DNA of 64,000 nt from Dehalococcoidia bacterium (GCA_034420695.1 DAOULB010000006.1:2615-66614), one strand, 5' to 3'. Positions 38,218-47,423 are shown, numbered from the stretch's first letter. Notes: a model not told the origin generated them from the sequence alone. Numbers and translations: made by a program.

Positions 38218-38889
38218 GTGGACCTGAAACGTCTATGTGAAGCCATATCAGAACCTAGGATCGAACCGTATCGACAAGAGCCTAGTGCCAGCGATTCACT
38301 GGCATGCGGAATATACGCATGGAACATTGCAGTATGCGAGAGTCTCTATCCAGCATTAAACTGTCTGGAGATTGTACTGCGGAACAGCATCCATCAGTCC
38401 GCTTTGTCCGCTATTGGGGATGAATTCTGGTTTGATGGCCTCTCGTTGAAGAAGTCCAGAGATTCCGTAAACCGGGCGCGGAAGGATTTGGAAGCAGTGC
38501 ACTCGGAGATGCAGATATCGGCGGGGGATATAGTGGCGAGGCTCAGTTTTGGGTTCTGGGCCGGATTGTTCGATAGCCAATATGAGCAAGAGCTTTGGCC
38601 AATGTTGATTAGGCCTGTATTTCCCAATCTTCCCCGAAAAACTCGCACACGGAGTCTCTTGGCAGGACGCCTCCATAATATCCGGTTGCTGAGGAATCGG
38701 ATATTCCATCATGAACCCATATGGAATAGAGATAATCTTGACAAGCAGCACGGGCAGATTCTGGACACAATTGGCTGGGTTAGCTCAGACATGAGAGACT
38801 TTGTCCAGATTCTAGACCGTTTCCCGCAAACGTATGCCAGAGGAGCTAAGGAATACGAACGTAATCTCCTCGGAAGCATTCAGACCTAA
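38218..38889 (+). CDS. Abi_2 (AbiD/AbiF-like) abortive-infection family protein, HEPN-type RNase motif
   Basis: ISEPRIEPY, IYAWNIAV...LEIVLRNSIH, LSFGFWAGLF and NIRLLRNRIFHHEPIW (Rx4H). It is AT-richer than its neighbours (one 60-nt line counted at 43% GC). GTG start with no obvious SD. Confidence 0.7.
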   Translation: MDLKRLCEAISEPRIEPYRQEPSASDSLACGIYAWNIAVCESLYPALNCLEIVLRNSIHQSALSAIGDEFWFDGLSLKKSRDSVNRARKDLEAVHSEMQISAGDIVARLSFGFWAGLFDSQYEQELWPMLIRPVFPNLPRKTRTRSLLAGRLHNIRLLRNRIFHHEPIWNRDNLDKQHGQILDTIGWVSSDMRDFVQILDRFPQTYARGAKEYERNLLGSIQT

Positions 38890-38923
38890 GAGATGAGCCA
38901 GAATCCTGCCAGGAGGATAGCCA

Positions 38924-40876
38924 ATGGTTGAGAACTCGGGAGCATTGGAAGCTCTGCTTCATGAAGACCGGACTTTCCCCCCTAGCGACGATTTTCGCGC
39001 CAACGCCAACATCTCAGACCCCGACATCTACCGCAGGGCGCTGGAAGACCCCGAGGGGTTCTGGGCCGGTTTCGCCGGGGAGTTGGAGTGGTTCGAAAAG
39101 TGGGACCAGGTCCTCGACTGGAAGCCGCCCTTCGCCCAATGGTTCCTGGGCGGTAAGACCAACGTGTCCTACAATTGCATCGACCGTCACCTCAAGGCCG
39201 GCCGCCGCAACAAGGCCGCCCTCATCTGGGAAGGCGAACCCGGCGATTGGAAAGTCTACACCTATTGGGACCTGTACCGCGAGGTGTGCCGCTTTGCCAA
39301 CGGGCTGAAGAGCCTTGGGGTGGAGAAGGGCGACCGGATCACAATTTACCTTCCCATGGTCCCCGAGCTTCCCATTGCCATGCTGGCTTGTGCCCGCATC
39401 GGCGCCCCCCATAGCGTCATATTCGGCGGGTTCAGTCCCGAGTCTATCCGCGACCGCATCAACGATTCCCAGTCCAAGTTGATAATTACCGCCGACGGGG
39501 GATTCCGGCGGGGCGGTATCGTTCCCCTGAAACAGAATGCCGACGAATCCCTCGACGGTTCGCCCAGCATTGAAAAAATGGTGGTGGTGCGCCGCACCGG
39601 CCAGGCCGACGAGCGCATGGTGGAAGGCCGCGACGTCTGGTGGCACGACTTGGTGGAGGGCCAAGCCCAGACCTGCCCGCCGGAGCCCATGGATAGCGAG
39701 GACATGCTCTATGTCCTCTACACCAGCGGCACCACCGGCAAACCCAAGGGAATAGTACACACCACCGGCGGTTACATGGTGGGCACTTATGCCACCGCCA
39801 AGTGGATTTTCGACCTCAAGGACGACGATGTTTACTGGTGCACTGCCGACATAGGCTGGGTTACCGGGCATAGCTACATCGTCTATGGCCCCTTGGCCAA
39901 CGGCGCAACTTCGGTGATGTACGAGGGCTCCCCCGACTATCCCGACCGGGACCGCTTCTGGGCCATCGTAGCCAAGTACGGAGTGACCATCTGCTACACT
40001 GCTCCCACGGCCATCCGCACCTTCATGCGGTGGGGTGAGGAATATCCCCAGCGGCACGACATGTCCACCCTGCGGCTGCTGGGGTCGGTGGGAGAACCCA
40101 TCAATCCCGAGGCGTGGGTCTGGTACTGGCAACACATTGGCGGCGGGCGGTGCCCGGTGGTCGACACTTGGTGGCAGACCGAGACCGGCCAGATTCTCAT
40201 TGCTCCGCTGCCCGGCATCACCACCCTGAAGCCGGGCTCGGCCACCCACCCCTTCCCCGGCATCCACGCCGAGGTGGTGGATGAAGCCGGCAACGCGGTG
40301 GGGCCCGGAGGTGGCGGCTATCTAACCATCAAGAAGCCCTGGCCGGGTATGCTTCGTACTATCTACGGGGACCCCGACCGCTACGTGGAACAGTACTGGT
40401 CCCGCTACCAGGACACCTACTTCACTGCCGACGGCGCCAAGCTGGACGAGGACGGCTACTTCTGGCTTCTGGGAAGGGTGGACGACGTCATCAACGTTTC
40501 GGCCCACCGCATCAGCACTATGGAAGTAGAAAGCGCCTTGGTGGACAATTCCAAGGTCGCCGAGGCCGCTTGCATCGGCAAAGCCCACGAGGTCAAGGGC
40601 CAGGCCATCGTCGGCTTCGTAACCCTGAAGGACCAAATTGAGGCCTCCGATGCCGTCATCACTGAGCTGAAGCAGCACGTGGCCACCAAGATAGGCCCCA
40701 TGGCCCGGCCCGACGACATTTATTTCGCCGCCGAACTGCCTAAGACCCGCAGCGGCAAGATAATGCGCCGGCTGCTCCGGGACGTAGCCGAGGGCCGCGC
40801 CTTGGGCGACACCACCACCCTGGCCGACCCGGCGGTCGTTGAAGCCCTGAAGAGCCAGTACGACGACGAGGAATAG
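38924..40876 (+). CDS. acs: acetyl-CoA synthetase (AMP-forming)
   Basis: 650 aa with [49 protein letters not shown]. Confidence 0.95.
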   Translation: MVENSGALEALLHEDRTFPPSDDFRANANISDPDIYRRALEDPEGFWAGFAGELEWFEKWDQVLDWKPPFAQWFLGGKTNVSYNCIDRHLKAGRRNKAALIWEGEPGDWKVYTYWDLYREVCRFANGLKSLGVEKGDRITIYLPMVPELPIAMLACARIGAPHSVIFGGFSPESIRDRINDSQSKLIITADGGFRRGGIVPLKQNADESLDGSPSIEKMVVVRRTGQADERMVEGRDVWWHDLVEGQAQTCPPEPMDSEDMLYVLYTSGTTGKPKGIVHTTGGYMVGTYATAKWIFDLKDDDVYWCTADIGWVTGHSYIVYGPLANGATSVMYEGSPDYPDRDRFWAIVAKYGVTICYTAPTAIRTFMRWGEEYPQRHDMSTLRLLGSVGEPINPEAWVWYWQHIGGGRCPVVDTWWQTETGQILIAPLPGITTLKPGSATHPFPGIHAEVVDEAGNAVGPGGGGYLTIKKPWPGMLRTIYGDPDRYVEQYWSRYQDTYFTADGAKLDEDGYFWLLGRVDDVINVSAHRISTMEVESALVDNSKVAEAACIGKAHEVKGQAIVGFVTLKDQIEASDAVITELKQHVATKIGPMARPDDIYFAAELPKTRSGKIMRRLLRDVAEGRALGDTTTLADPAVVEALKSQYDDEE

Positions 40877-40882
40877 GGCTTA

Positions 40883-42619
40883 GTGGAGGCTATCGACAGG
40901 ACGTTCAAGCAAATAATAGATACAAGCATCCAATACGTCGTTCCTGTCTTTCAACGGGACTACAAATGGGACAAGGAGCAGTGGCAGCGGCTTTGGGATG
41001 ACGTTAATCGGGTGAGCGTCAAAAATGGTACCGCTGGGCACTTCCTCGGTTCGCTCGTCCAAATTGATACTGGCCGGACCACGCCCTCTCTCAGTAGTTG
41101 GCTAGTGGTCGACGGTCAACAGCGACTGGCTACGTTGACGATACTGGTGGCAGCACTAAGGGACCATTTGGAGGATACTGGTTGGCCCGAGGATGAAGAT
41201 GGTCCAACTAAAGAATCCTTGGAGGACATGTTCCTCAAAAACCGGAATGCCAGCGGTGATAGAAAGTACAAATTGAGTCTCAGACGGGCCGATAACGCTA
41301 CCCTGCATGAAATCATTGACTACAGGCCCTCAAACACGGTAGAAGGCAACCCGTCTGGTCAGATAAAGAGCTGTTACACGTTTTTCAGGGAACGACTAAA
41401 TGCCCCGGGTTGTGACCCTTTAGCACTTTACAATAGTGTAGCATCCCTACGGATTGTGGAAGTTACCTTGAAACGGGAAGTTGATGACCCTCAGTTCGTC
41501 TTCGAAAGCATGAATCACACTGGGGTTGACCTCTCACAAGCCGATCTAATCCGCAATTACCTTTTGATGAACCTTGAAGAGCAGGAACAGACAAGACTTT
41601 ATTCAGACTACTGGAGAGTAACGGAACAATACTTCAGAGAACCGAATGGGGCGCTAAACGATGAGATGTTTGACACGTTCCTGCAAGATTACCTGGCTTT
41701 GAAATTGAACAGAAATCAACGGGAACCACGACGTCAAATTTATGACGAATTCAAGCTGGGTAGGGAGAGATTGCAGGGCGGGAGAACCCTTGAGGAGTTG
41801 CTCGAAGAGATTAGACGTTTTGCCGGATATTATTCGGCTTTTAATGGTCGTAATGCTGCGCACACAGAGCAATTGGCCGATGCGATGAGAAACGTGCGAA
41901 GACGCGGTACCACCCCGGCAGTTCTCGTCTTGCGATTGTACGATTGCTTTGACCGAGAAAAAAGCCTTCATGAAGTGGAATTTGTCAGAGCATTGGACCT
42001 TGTCCAGAGTTACCTCATCCGTCGGACGGTGATGGGATATCAAACCAGATGGGGCAGCTATTATGGAATCTTTAGTGGAATGGCCCGAGACATTCACAAT
42101 ATGGTGGACCCGACCCCCATGGAAACCGTAGAACGGGTCCTGATGAGCTGGGAAGAGTGGTACTGGCACTGGCGTTTCCCACGGGACGGTGAATTCATCC
42201 AAGAGTTGCAAAAGCGCGACCTGTATTCCCTCGGCGGAGTGTGCAAACACCTGCTCGACCGGCTGGAAAACTACGACACCAAGGAACCGTCACCAGTTTC
42301 TGAATACACAATTGAACACATAATGCCGCAGAGTCCCGGACCGGAGTGGCAGGAGATGATCGGAGAGGGTTGGGAACAGGTCCATGCTGACTGGCTCCAT
42401 CGACTGGGGAATCTGACCCTCACGGGATACAATTCAGAGATGTCCAATCGTTCCTTCGAGGAGAAGAAAGCCATCAAAGGCGGATTCAACGAATCCGCCG
42501 TGCGACTCAACAAGTTCGTGCTGGAACATCCGAAGTGGACAGCAACTGAGATGGAAGAACGGGGCCGGCAGTTGGCTGATCAGGCGCTGAAAATCTGGCC
42601 CTATCCCCAGCCAAGCTAG
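40883..42619 (+). CDS. GmrSD-like DUF262 + DUF1524 protein (candidate type IV modification-dependent restriction enzyme)
   Basis: The N-terminus has PVFQRDYKW and VVDGQQRLATL (DUF262/ParB-like). The C-terminus has TIEHIMPQ...WLHRLGNLTLTGYNSEMSN (DUF1524 His-Me finger). One 60-nt line counted at 48% GC. GTG start 6 nt after the acs stop. Confidence 0.8.
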   Translation: MEAIDRTFKQIIDTSIQYVVPVFQRDYKWDKEQWQRLWDDVNRVSVKNGTAGHFLGSLVQIDTGRTTPSLSSWLVVDGQQRLATLTILVAALRDHLEDTGWPEDEDGPTKESLEDMFLKNRNASGDRKYKLSLRRADNATLHEIIDYRPSNTVEGNPSGQIKSCYTFFRERLNAPGCDPLALYNSVASLRIVEVTLKREVDDPQFVFESMNHTGVDLSQADLIRNYLLMNLEEQEQTRLYSDYWRVTEQYFREPNGALNDEMFDTFLQDYLALKLNRNQREPRRQIYDEFKLGRERLQGGRTLEELLEEIRRFAGYYSAFNGRNAAHTEQLADAMRNVRRRGTTPAVLVLRLYDCFDREKSLHEVEFVRALDLVQSYLIRRTVMGYQTRWGSYYGIFSGMARDIHNMVDPTPMETVERVLMSWEEWYWHWRFPRDGEFIQELQKRDLYSLGGVCKHLLDRLENYDTKEPSPVSEYTIEHIMPQSPGPEWQEMIGEGWEQVHADWLHRLGNLTLTGYNSEMSNRSFEEKKAIKGGFNESAVRLNKFVLEHPKWTATEMEERGRQLADQALKIWPYPQPS

Positions 42620-42702
42620 ACGCAAGCGGCTAGATGCGCACGGCGGTGCGTGCTTGCCCGAAACAAGAACACGGACAAACGGATTTAGCGGAGATTTCAT
42701 CA

Positions 42703-43110
42703 ATGGCAACAGTACCCGCTCCCGACCGGGAGGCCGCAGGGAATCACCTCTTGCATTGCCGCCAATACATGGACAATGCACTAGACGCCCTGCGGAATCA
42801 AGAGCCTGCCAAGGCCGGGGAAATGCTTTGGGGCAGCGTAAGTCAAGCCGTCCATGCCGTGGACGCTTGGCGGGGGCCCATGATTGAGTCGCATCGAGAC
42901 TTGTTAAACTTCGCCTACGCCCTCGGCCGGGAAATCGGAGACCCGGCTTTCACCTACGTTTTCCGGGCTGCAAGGAGCCTCCACAACAACTTCTACGTCC
43001 CGGTGGAAACTATGGAAGAAGTTGAAGGGTTACTGCCGGGCATACAAACGGTGGTCAACCAGATTCTGGCCCTCTTGCCCGAGGAGGCGCGCAGCGGAAC
43101 CACCATGTAG
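42703..43110 (+). CDS. small helical HEPN/PaREP1-like protein with Rx5H motif
   Basis: ...AGEMLWGSVSQAVHAVDAWRG...SHRDLLNFAYALGREIGDP...FRAARSLHNNFY. The alternative upstream start at 42634 is in the track. Family assignment is from memory. Confidence 0.55.
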   Translation: MATVPAPDREAAGNHLLHCRQYMDNALDALRNQEPAKAGEMLWGSVSQAVHAVDAWRGPMIESHRDLLNFAYALGREIGDPAFTYVFRAARSLHNNFYVPVETMEEVEGLLPGIQTVVNQILALLPEEARSGTTM

Positions 43111-43212
43111 TAGGCTGGGTCAGTTCCTAGTTGATTGCGGAGTGAAAATCTGTGCGCAGCCGCTTGGCTTGGGCGGCCGGTCAAATGGCTAGTCTTGAAG
43201 GAGTCTTAGAGA

Positions 43213-45231
43213 ATGGCAAACTACACCAAGGACGAAGCGCAAGAATGGGCATGGGAGAGTCTGAAAGGCCAGTGGACTACCCTGATTACTCCCTTTACGC
43301 CCGACAACAAGTACGACAGGGAAGGGATGAAGCGCAACATCCGCCACATTCGCAGCCTGGGCACTGCCGGCGCCGGCTGCACTTGGGGAATGGGCGAGTT
43401 CTGGAGCCTGACCCATGACGAACGCATCGACGTGATGGACTCGGTAGCTGAAGAGGCGGCGGGCAGTTGGCCCATCGGCGCCCACGTCACCCACTCTTCG
43501 GCGCCGGAAATGCTATCCCTTGCCCGGCATGCCGAGGACCGGGGGTTCGACCTGCTCATCGTGGCTCCGCCCTTCATGGTGACCAAGACCGAGGACCAAG
43601 TTGTCGAGTATGTCCGCCTGCTGGCGGAAAACACCAACCTGGCGATCATGTTCTACAACTCGCCCCAATTCGGCATCGTAATGAGCACCCACGGGCTGGA
43701 GAGGCTCTGCCGGATTCCCAACGTGGTTGGCGTAAAAGAGGCTAGCTTCAACCAGCAAATTTCAATCGAAGCCCACCTGACCCTGGGCAAAGAATTCGTC
43801 ATCAGCACCCCAGACGAGTGGATATTCTTCAAGGCTCAAGAACTGGGATTCCAGCAGCAGGTGATGTTTTCCAATACTTCCGACTGGCGGTTCGACATCC
43901 CGGGGGCCAATTACTACGTTCAGTTTATTGACCGGGCTACCAAGGGTGACTTGGACGAGGCTTTCTACGACAAGCATATTCGCAGGTTGAATGAACTGTC
44001 CGACACTTGGTGGACCAGGACCATGGACAAGTACAACGGGGCCCTTCCGGTCTCCATGGTCAAGCATTGGGCCCAGCTCATGGGCCTGGCCGCCGGCCCG
44101 CCCCGCCTGCCCCTCATCGACCTCACCCCCCAAGAAAAATCCCAACTGCGGGAGGAACTGGAGCCGCTCAAGCCCCAAGTTCCAGCTCCTGCCGTGGCGG
44201 CCCAACCCCGGGCGGCCTGGCTGGACGGCAACAATAACTTCGCCACCGGCATGCTGCTTATGGTCAGCGTGCAAGACGTCGAAGAAGCATTGGAGGCCGA
44301 GCAGGGCGGCGCCGACGTGGTTGACGTGAAGAACCTGCAGGAAGCCCTGGTTGGCTCAGGGCATCCCTCCATTGTCAGGCAGGTCCGGGGCATCATCCCG
44401 GTAGAGAAGCACGTCAGCGTCACCTTGGGCGTGGTGCCCAACCAGCCCGGCACGGTGGCCATGGCCGTGTACGCCGCGGCGCACATGGATGCCACCTCGG
44501 TGAAGGTGGGTTTCCAGCGGGGCGACTACGACTCCGCCGTGGAGGTGCTGCGGGAGGCGCGCCGAGCCCTGGAGGGGTTCAACACCAAGCTCATCGGCTC
44601 GGTTTTTGCCGACAACGAGCTGTACGAGGACGGCCTCGACCCCCACTGCATGGTTCAACTGGCCAAAGACGGTGAATGTGACGGCTTCCTGATCGACACC
44701 TTGACCAAGGATGGAAGGAACCTGTTCGATTTCATGCCCGAGCACGTATTGCGGAACATTGTTCTGCAGGGCAAGGAGCTGGGCATGAGCACGGCGCTCT
44801 CCGGCCACCTGAAGATAAGCGACTTGGATGAACTCGCCCGCATCAACCCCGACATAGTTGGAGTCCGGGGCGCCGTGTGTTCCAACGGGGACCGGGGCCG
44901 GGCGGTGGCTTGGGAGGCGGTGTCCGAGTTCAAACGGCAGCTTGACCTGCGCAAAAGCGGGGCAATCAGCGTCCACGGCGACGCCGCTCCCGTTGTCAGC
45001 AACGCCGACAGCGGCTGGGTCATCATCGACGGGCGAGGCAAGAGCTGCGCCGGCGTCATCGCTGCCATGGCCTACCAGATGGAGCACGACCGGCAGTCCT
45101 TCGTCGAAGCCATTCTCGCCGACGCCCTGAATATCTACGACGTAATAGTCTGGACGGAAAAAGCGGGGCACCAGCTGTTGACCCAGCGCCACGACTCCGA
45201 CGGCTCGGTCCGGGTGCTCATCAAGCCCTGA
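43213..45231 (+). CDS. three-domain fusion: DapA/DHDPS-family class I aldolase + MfnB(DUF556)-like aldolase + TusA-like domain
   Basis: aa 1-~320: LITPFT, MFYNSP and VVGVKEAS (Schiff-base Lys175). aa ~320-346: a Pro/Ala linker. aa 347-~580: MLLMVSVQDVEEALEAEQGGADVVDVKN, SVKVGF, LIDTLTKDGRNLFD and DIVGVRGAVCSNGDR, close to M. jannaschii MfnB as I remember it. aa ~602-672: IIDGRGKSCAGV...VIVWTEKAGHQLL...VRVLIKP (TusA fold, with CPxP replaced by CAGV). SD is GAAGGAG. Confidence 0.75.
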   Translation: MANYTKDEAQEWAWESLKGQWTTLITPFTPDNKYDREGMKRNIRHIRSLGTAGAGCTWGMGEFWSLTHDERIDVMDSVAEEAAGSWPIGAHVTHSSAPEMLSLARHAEDRGFDLLIVAPPFMVTKTEDQVVEYVRLLAENTNLAIMFYNSPQFGIVMSTHGLERLCRIPNVVGVKEASFNQQISIEAHLTLGKEFVISTPDEWIFFKAQELGFQQQVMFSNTSDWRFDIPGANYYVQFIDRATKGDLDEAFYDKHIRRLNELSDTWWTRTMDKYNGALPVSMVKHWAQLMGLAAGPPRLPLIDLTPQEKSQLREELEPLKPQVPAPAVAAQPRAAWLDGNNNFATGMLLMVSVQDVEEALEAEQGGADVVDVKNLQEALVGSGHPSIVRQVRGIIPVEKHVSVTLGVVPNQPGTVAMAVYAAAHMDATSVKVGFQRGDYDSAVEVLREARRALEGFNTKLIGSVFADNELYEDGLDPHCMVQLAKDGECDGFLIDTLTKDGRNLFDFMPEHVLRNIVLQGKELGMSTALSGHLKISDLDELARINPDIVGVRGAVCSNGDRGRAVAWEAVSEFKRQLDLRKSGAISVHGDAAPVVSNADSGWVIIDGRGKSCAGVIAAMAYQMEHDRQSFVEAILADALNIYDVIVWTEKAGHQLLTQRHDSDGSVRVLIKP

Positions 45232-45283
45232 CTAGCGGCGGCAAAATCAAAACAAACACGCGCCGCGCGCCGTAAGGTCCCTT

Positions 45284-45838
45284 ATGATCACCCCAAAACC
45301 GAAAACCAAGCTCACCTTCCAGGACTACCTTAAGACGTCCGACGATGAACGCTACGAACTCCTGGATGGCGAGTTGATTATGCTGCTCAGCCCAAACGAG
45401 GCCCACCAAATTACCTGCCTCAACCTCGGTTCCAGACTTTTGCTCTATGTCGAATAAAACGGCTTGGGCCAGGTCCTACTGGCCCCCTACGACGTGAAAC
45501 TGTCAGACACCGATGTGGTGCAGCCGGACATCCTCTTTGTATCCAACGAGAGGTCAGGAGTCAGGACCACCGACAACATCCAGGGCGCACCGGACTTGGT
45601 GGTGGAGATTCAGTCTCCTTCAACCGCCCGCCGCGACTGGAACGACAAACTCCGCCTCTATGCCCGGCGCGGGGTGAGTGAATACTGGATAATCAACCCG
45701 GAAGCCCACACGGTTGCCGTTCTTCTGCTGGAGGAAGGTGAATTTCGGCCCGCGGGGATCTATGGCGAAGGAAGCGCACTATCTTGCGCTTCAATAGAAG
45801 GCTTCAGCATCGAGGTGGACGAGATTTTCCCGTCATAG
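45284..45838 (+). pseudogene. Uma2-family (DUF820) endonuclease gene with one in-frame TAA
   Basis: ATG 45284 is followed by 57 codons (MITPKPKTKLTFQDYLKTSDDERYELLDGELIM...LLLYVE). TAA lies at 45455-45457, in the same frame as track ORF 45464..45838 (...QPDILFV...APDLVVEIQSPST...YARRGVSEYWIINP). Confidence 0.75.
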
Positions 45839-45968
45839 GGCAATCCATCAAAATCTGACGCCCAGGAAAACTCGCGTCGGAACAAAGGCGGGGAACTCGT
45901 GGTTGAAACAGGGGAACAAGTGGTTCGGGGGCGCCGGTGTATGGCGGGAGAACCGGGCAGTTGAATCC

Positions 45969-46880
45969 CTAGACCATGAAGACCGGGTCGGCGTCCCGGT
46001 TGATGCGGCTCTCTTCCCCGATTCCTTTGCGGAGAAACTTGGGCAGGGCCGTCATGTTGCGGTGGGTCTCGCCGTCGTAGAATCCCAGTTCCCTGGAAAT
46101 GCGCTGCGACACCAATTCATCGATTCGGCTGCCGATGCCCGAATCAAACGTGGTGTCGCTGGCCAAGCTGAACCCCCACAGGGTCTGGAACGCCGGAACG
46201 TGGGCTTGCATGGCCATAGTGTGGTTGAACACTTCGCCCAGCGTATTGAAGATTGTGGTGAAGCACTCCTGGTAACTGAGCAGCCCCGCGGGACCGGACT
46301 GGGTAACTAGGATTCCGCCGGGGTTCAACCGGGATTTCACGATGTTGTAATACTCTTCGGTATAAAGCAGGTAGGCTGGCCCCCCTTCCATGGGGTCCAC
46401 CAAGTCCATGATCATCACGTCGAAGCCCGGCCCGCCGGACGCCAGGTACTCCCTCGCATCCTGGTGCACCAAGGTCAACTTGGGGTCTTCAAAGCTTCCC
46501 CGGTTATGGTGGGGCAGGAACTCCCGGCAAAGTTCAACCACCTGCCGGTCCAAGTCCAGCATTACGGCCTTTTCCACCGTTCGGTGGGCCAAGACTTCCC
46601 GAAGGGTCCCACCTTCACCGCCTCCACCAATAAAAACGGACTGCGGGTTTGGGTGAAGCAGCATTGCTGGGTGCACCAAGGCCTCGTGATAAACAAACTC
46701 GTCCCGCTCGGTTGACTGGGTCTTGCCATCTAGAACCAGGCTGCGTCCGAATGTCTCCGACTCCAGCACCTCTACCTTTTGGTATTTGGTCTGGCCGGAA
46801 AAGTGCACTTTCCGCACTTGGAGCATGACAGCCAAGTCGGGAAAGACGGTCTCTAGGAACCATTTGCCGGAGATGTCCAC
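45969..46880 (-). CDS. speE: polyamine aminopropyltransferase (spermidine synthase)
   Basis: LVLDG..Q..ERDEFVYHEAL, VFIGGGGEGGTLREVL, DVMIMDLVDP. Confidence 0.9.
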   Translation of the reverse strand: MDISGKWFLETVFPDLAVMLQVRKVHFSGQTKYQKVEVLESETFGRSLVLDGKTQSTERDEFVYHEALVHPAMLLHPNPQSVFIGGGGEGGTLREVLAHRTVEKAVMLDLDRQVVELCREFLPHHNRGSFEDPKLTLVHQDAREYLASGGPGFDVMIMDLVDPMEGGPAYLLYTEEYYNIVKSRLNPGGILVTQSGPAGLLSYQECFTTIFNTLGEVFNHTMAMQAHVPAFQTLWGFSLASDTTFDSGIGSRIDELVSQRISRELGFYDGETHRNMTALPKFLRKGIGEESRINRDADPVFMV

Positions 46881-46902
46881 AGGCCTCGCAGGGCAGACGG
46901 GT

Positions 46903-47268
46903 TCAGGCGGTGATCGGCTCTTGGATCATTCCCCGCTGCACCTCTTGGATCGAGGGCTCCTGACATTCAAACTGCTCGATCAACAAGTCGGCAACAGCTT
47001 GGGGATGAAAGGAGGTACCGCAGGAAAAGACGTCGGCCGCGGCGTAGTTGTACTCAGGCCACGTATGAATCGATATGTGGGATTCAGCGATGGCTAGAAT
47101 TCCGGTGACGCCTTGAGGACTGAACCTGTGAAATGACTCGCCTACTACGTGGGCGCCTACCGAATCTGCAGCTTGGAGTAATGATTTGCGGATGTGGGCC
47201 AGGTCGTTGAGCAGTTTGGGGTTACAGTCTCTCAGTTCCAGCAGAAGATGGATGCCTAGTACATTCAA
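46903..47268 (-). CDS. speH: S-adenosylmethionine decarboxylase proenzyme (small pyruvoyl type)
   Basis: LGIHLLLELRDC and GILAIAESHISIHTWPE (ES cleavage site). TTG start preceded by AAGGAGG. Confidence 0.9.
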   Translation of the reverse strand: MNVLGIHLLLELRDCNPKLLNDLAHIRKSLLQAADSVGAHVVGESFHRFSPQGVTGILAIAESHISIHTWPEYNYAAADVFSCGTSFHPQAVADLLIEQFECQEPSIQEVQRGMIQEPITA

Positions 47269-47396
47269 TCATCTGTCCTCCTTTTTCCGGGTGGCGCGGG
47301 CACAGGTCTCCCACCGCGCAGCGAAGAAGTATTTTACTTGCATAGCTTGGGGTAGGCAATACCTCAGACCAAGCCGCTTTGCACTCTTCAATCTCC

Positions 47397-47423
47397 CTTC
47401 TATTCGTCCTTTCGTCATGTCAG
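47397..47423 (-). promoter_or_regulatory. promoter-like element upstream of speH (shared motif copy A)
   Basis: The minus strand reads CTGACA-15 nt-TAGAAG, preceded by GGAATGCCCGGCGCGCAC. The short spacer lowers confidence. Confidence 0.3.

Noticed and set aside
39014-40267. 417-aa minus-strand ORF
   Set aside because: It is antisense to acs. The sequence is low-complexity and Gly/Ala/Val/Pro-rich.
36249-45838. tRNA-Val-anchored genomic island
   Set aside because: The accessory genes lie on the 5' side of the minus-strand tRNA, separated from it by an MFS gene. There is no integrase and no visible repeat of the tRNA 3' end. Island integration at this tRNA is therefore unsupported.
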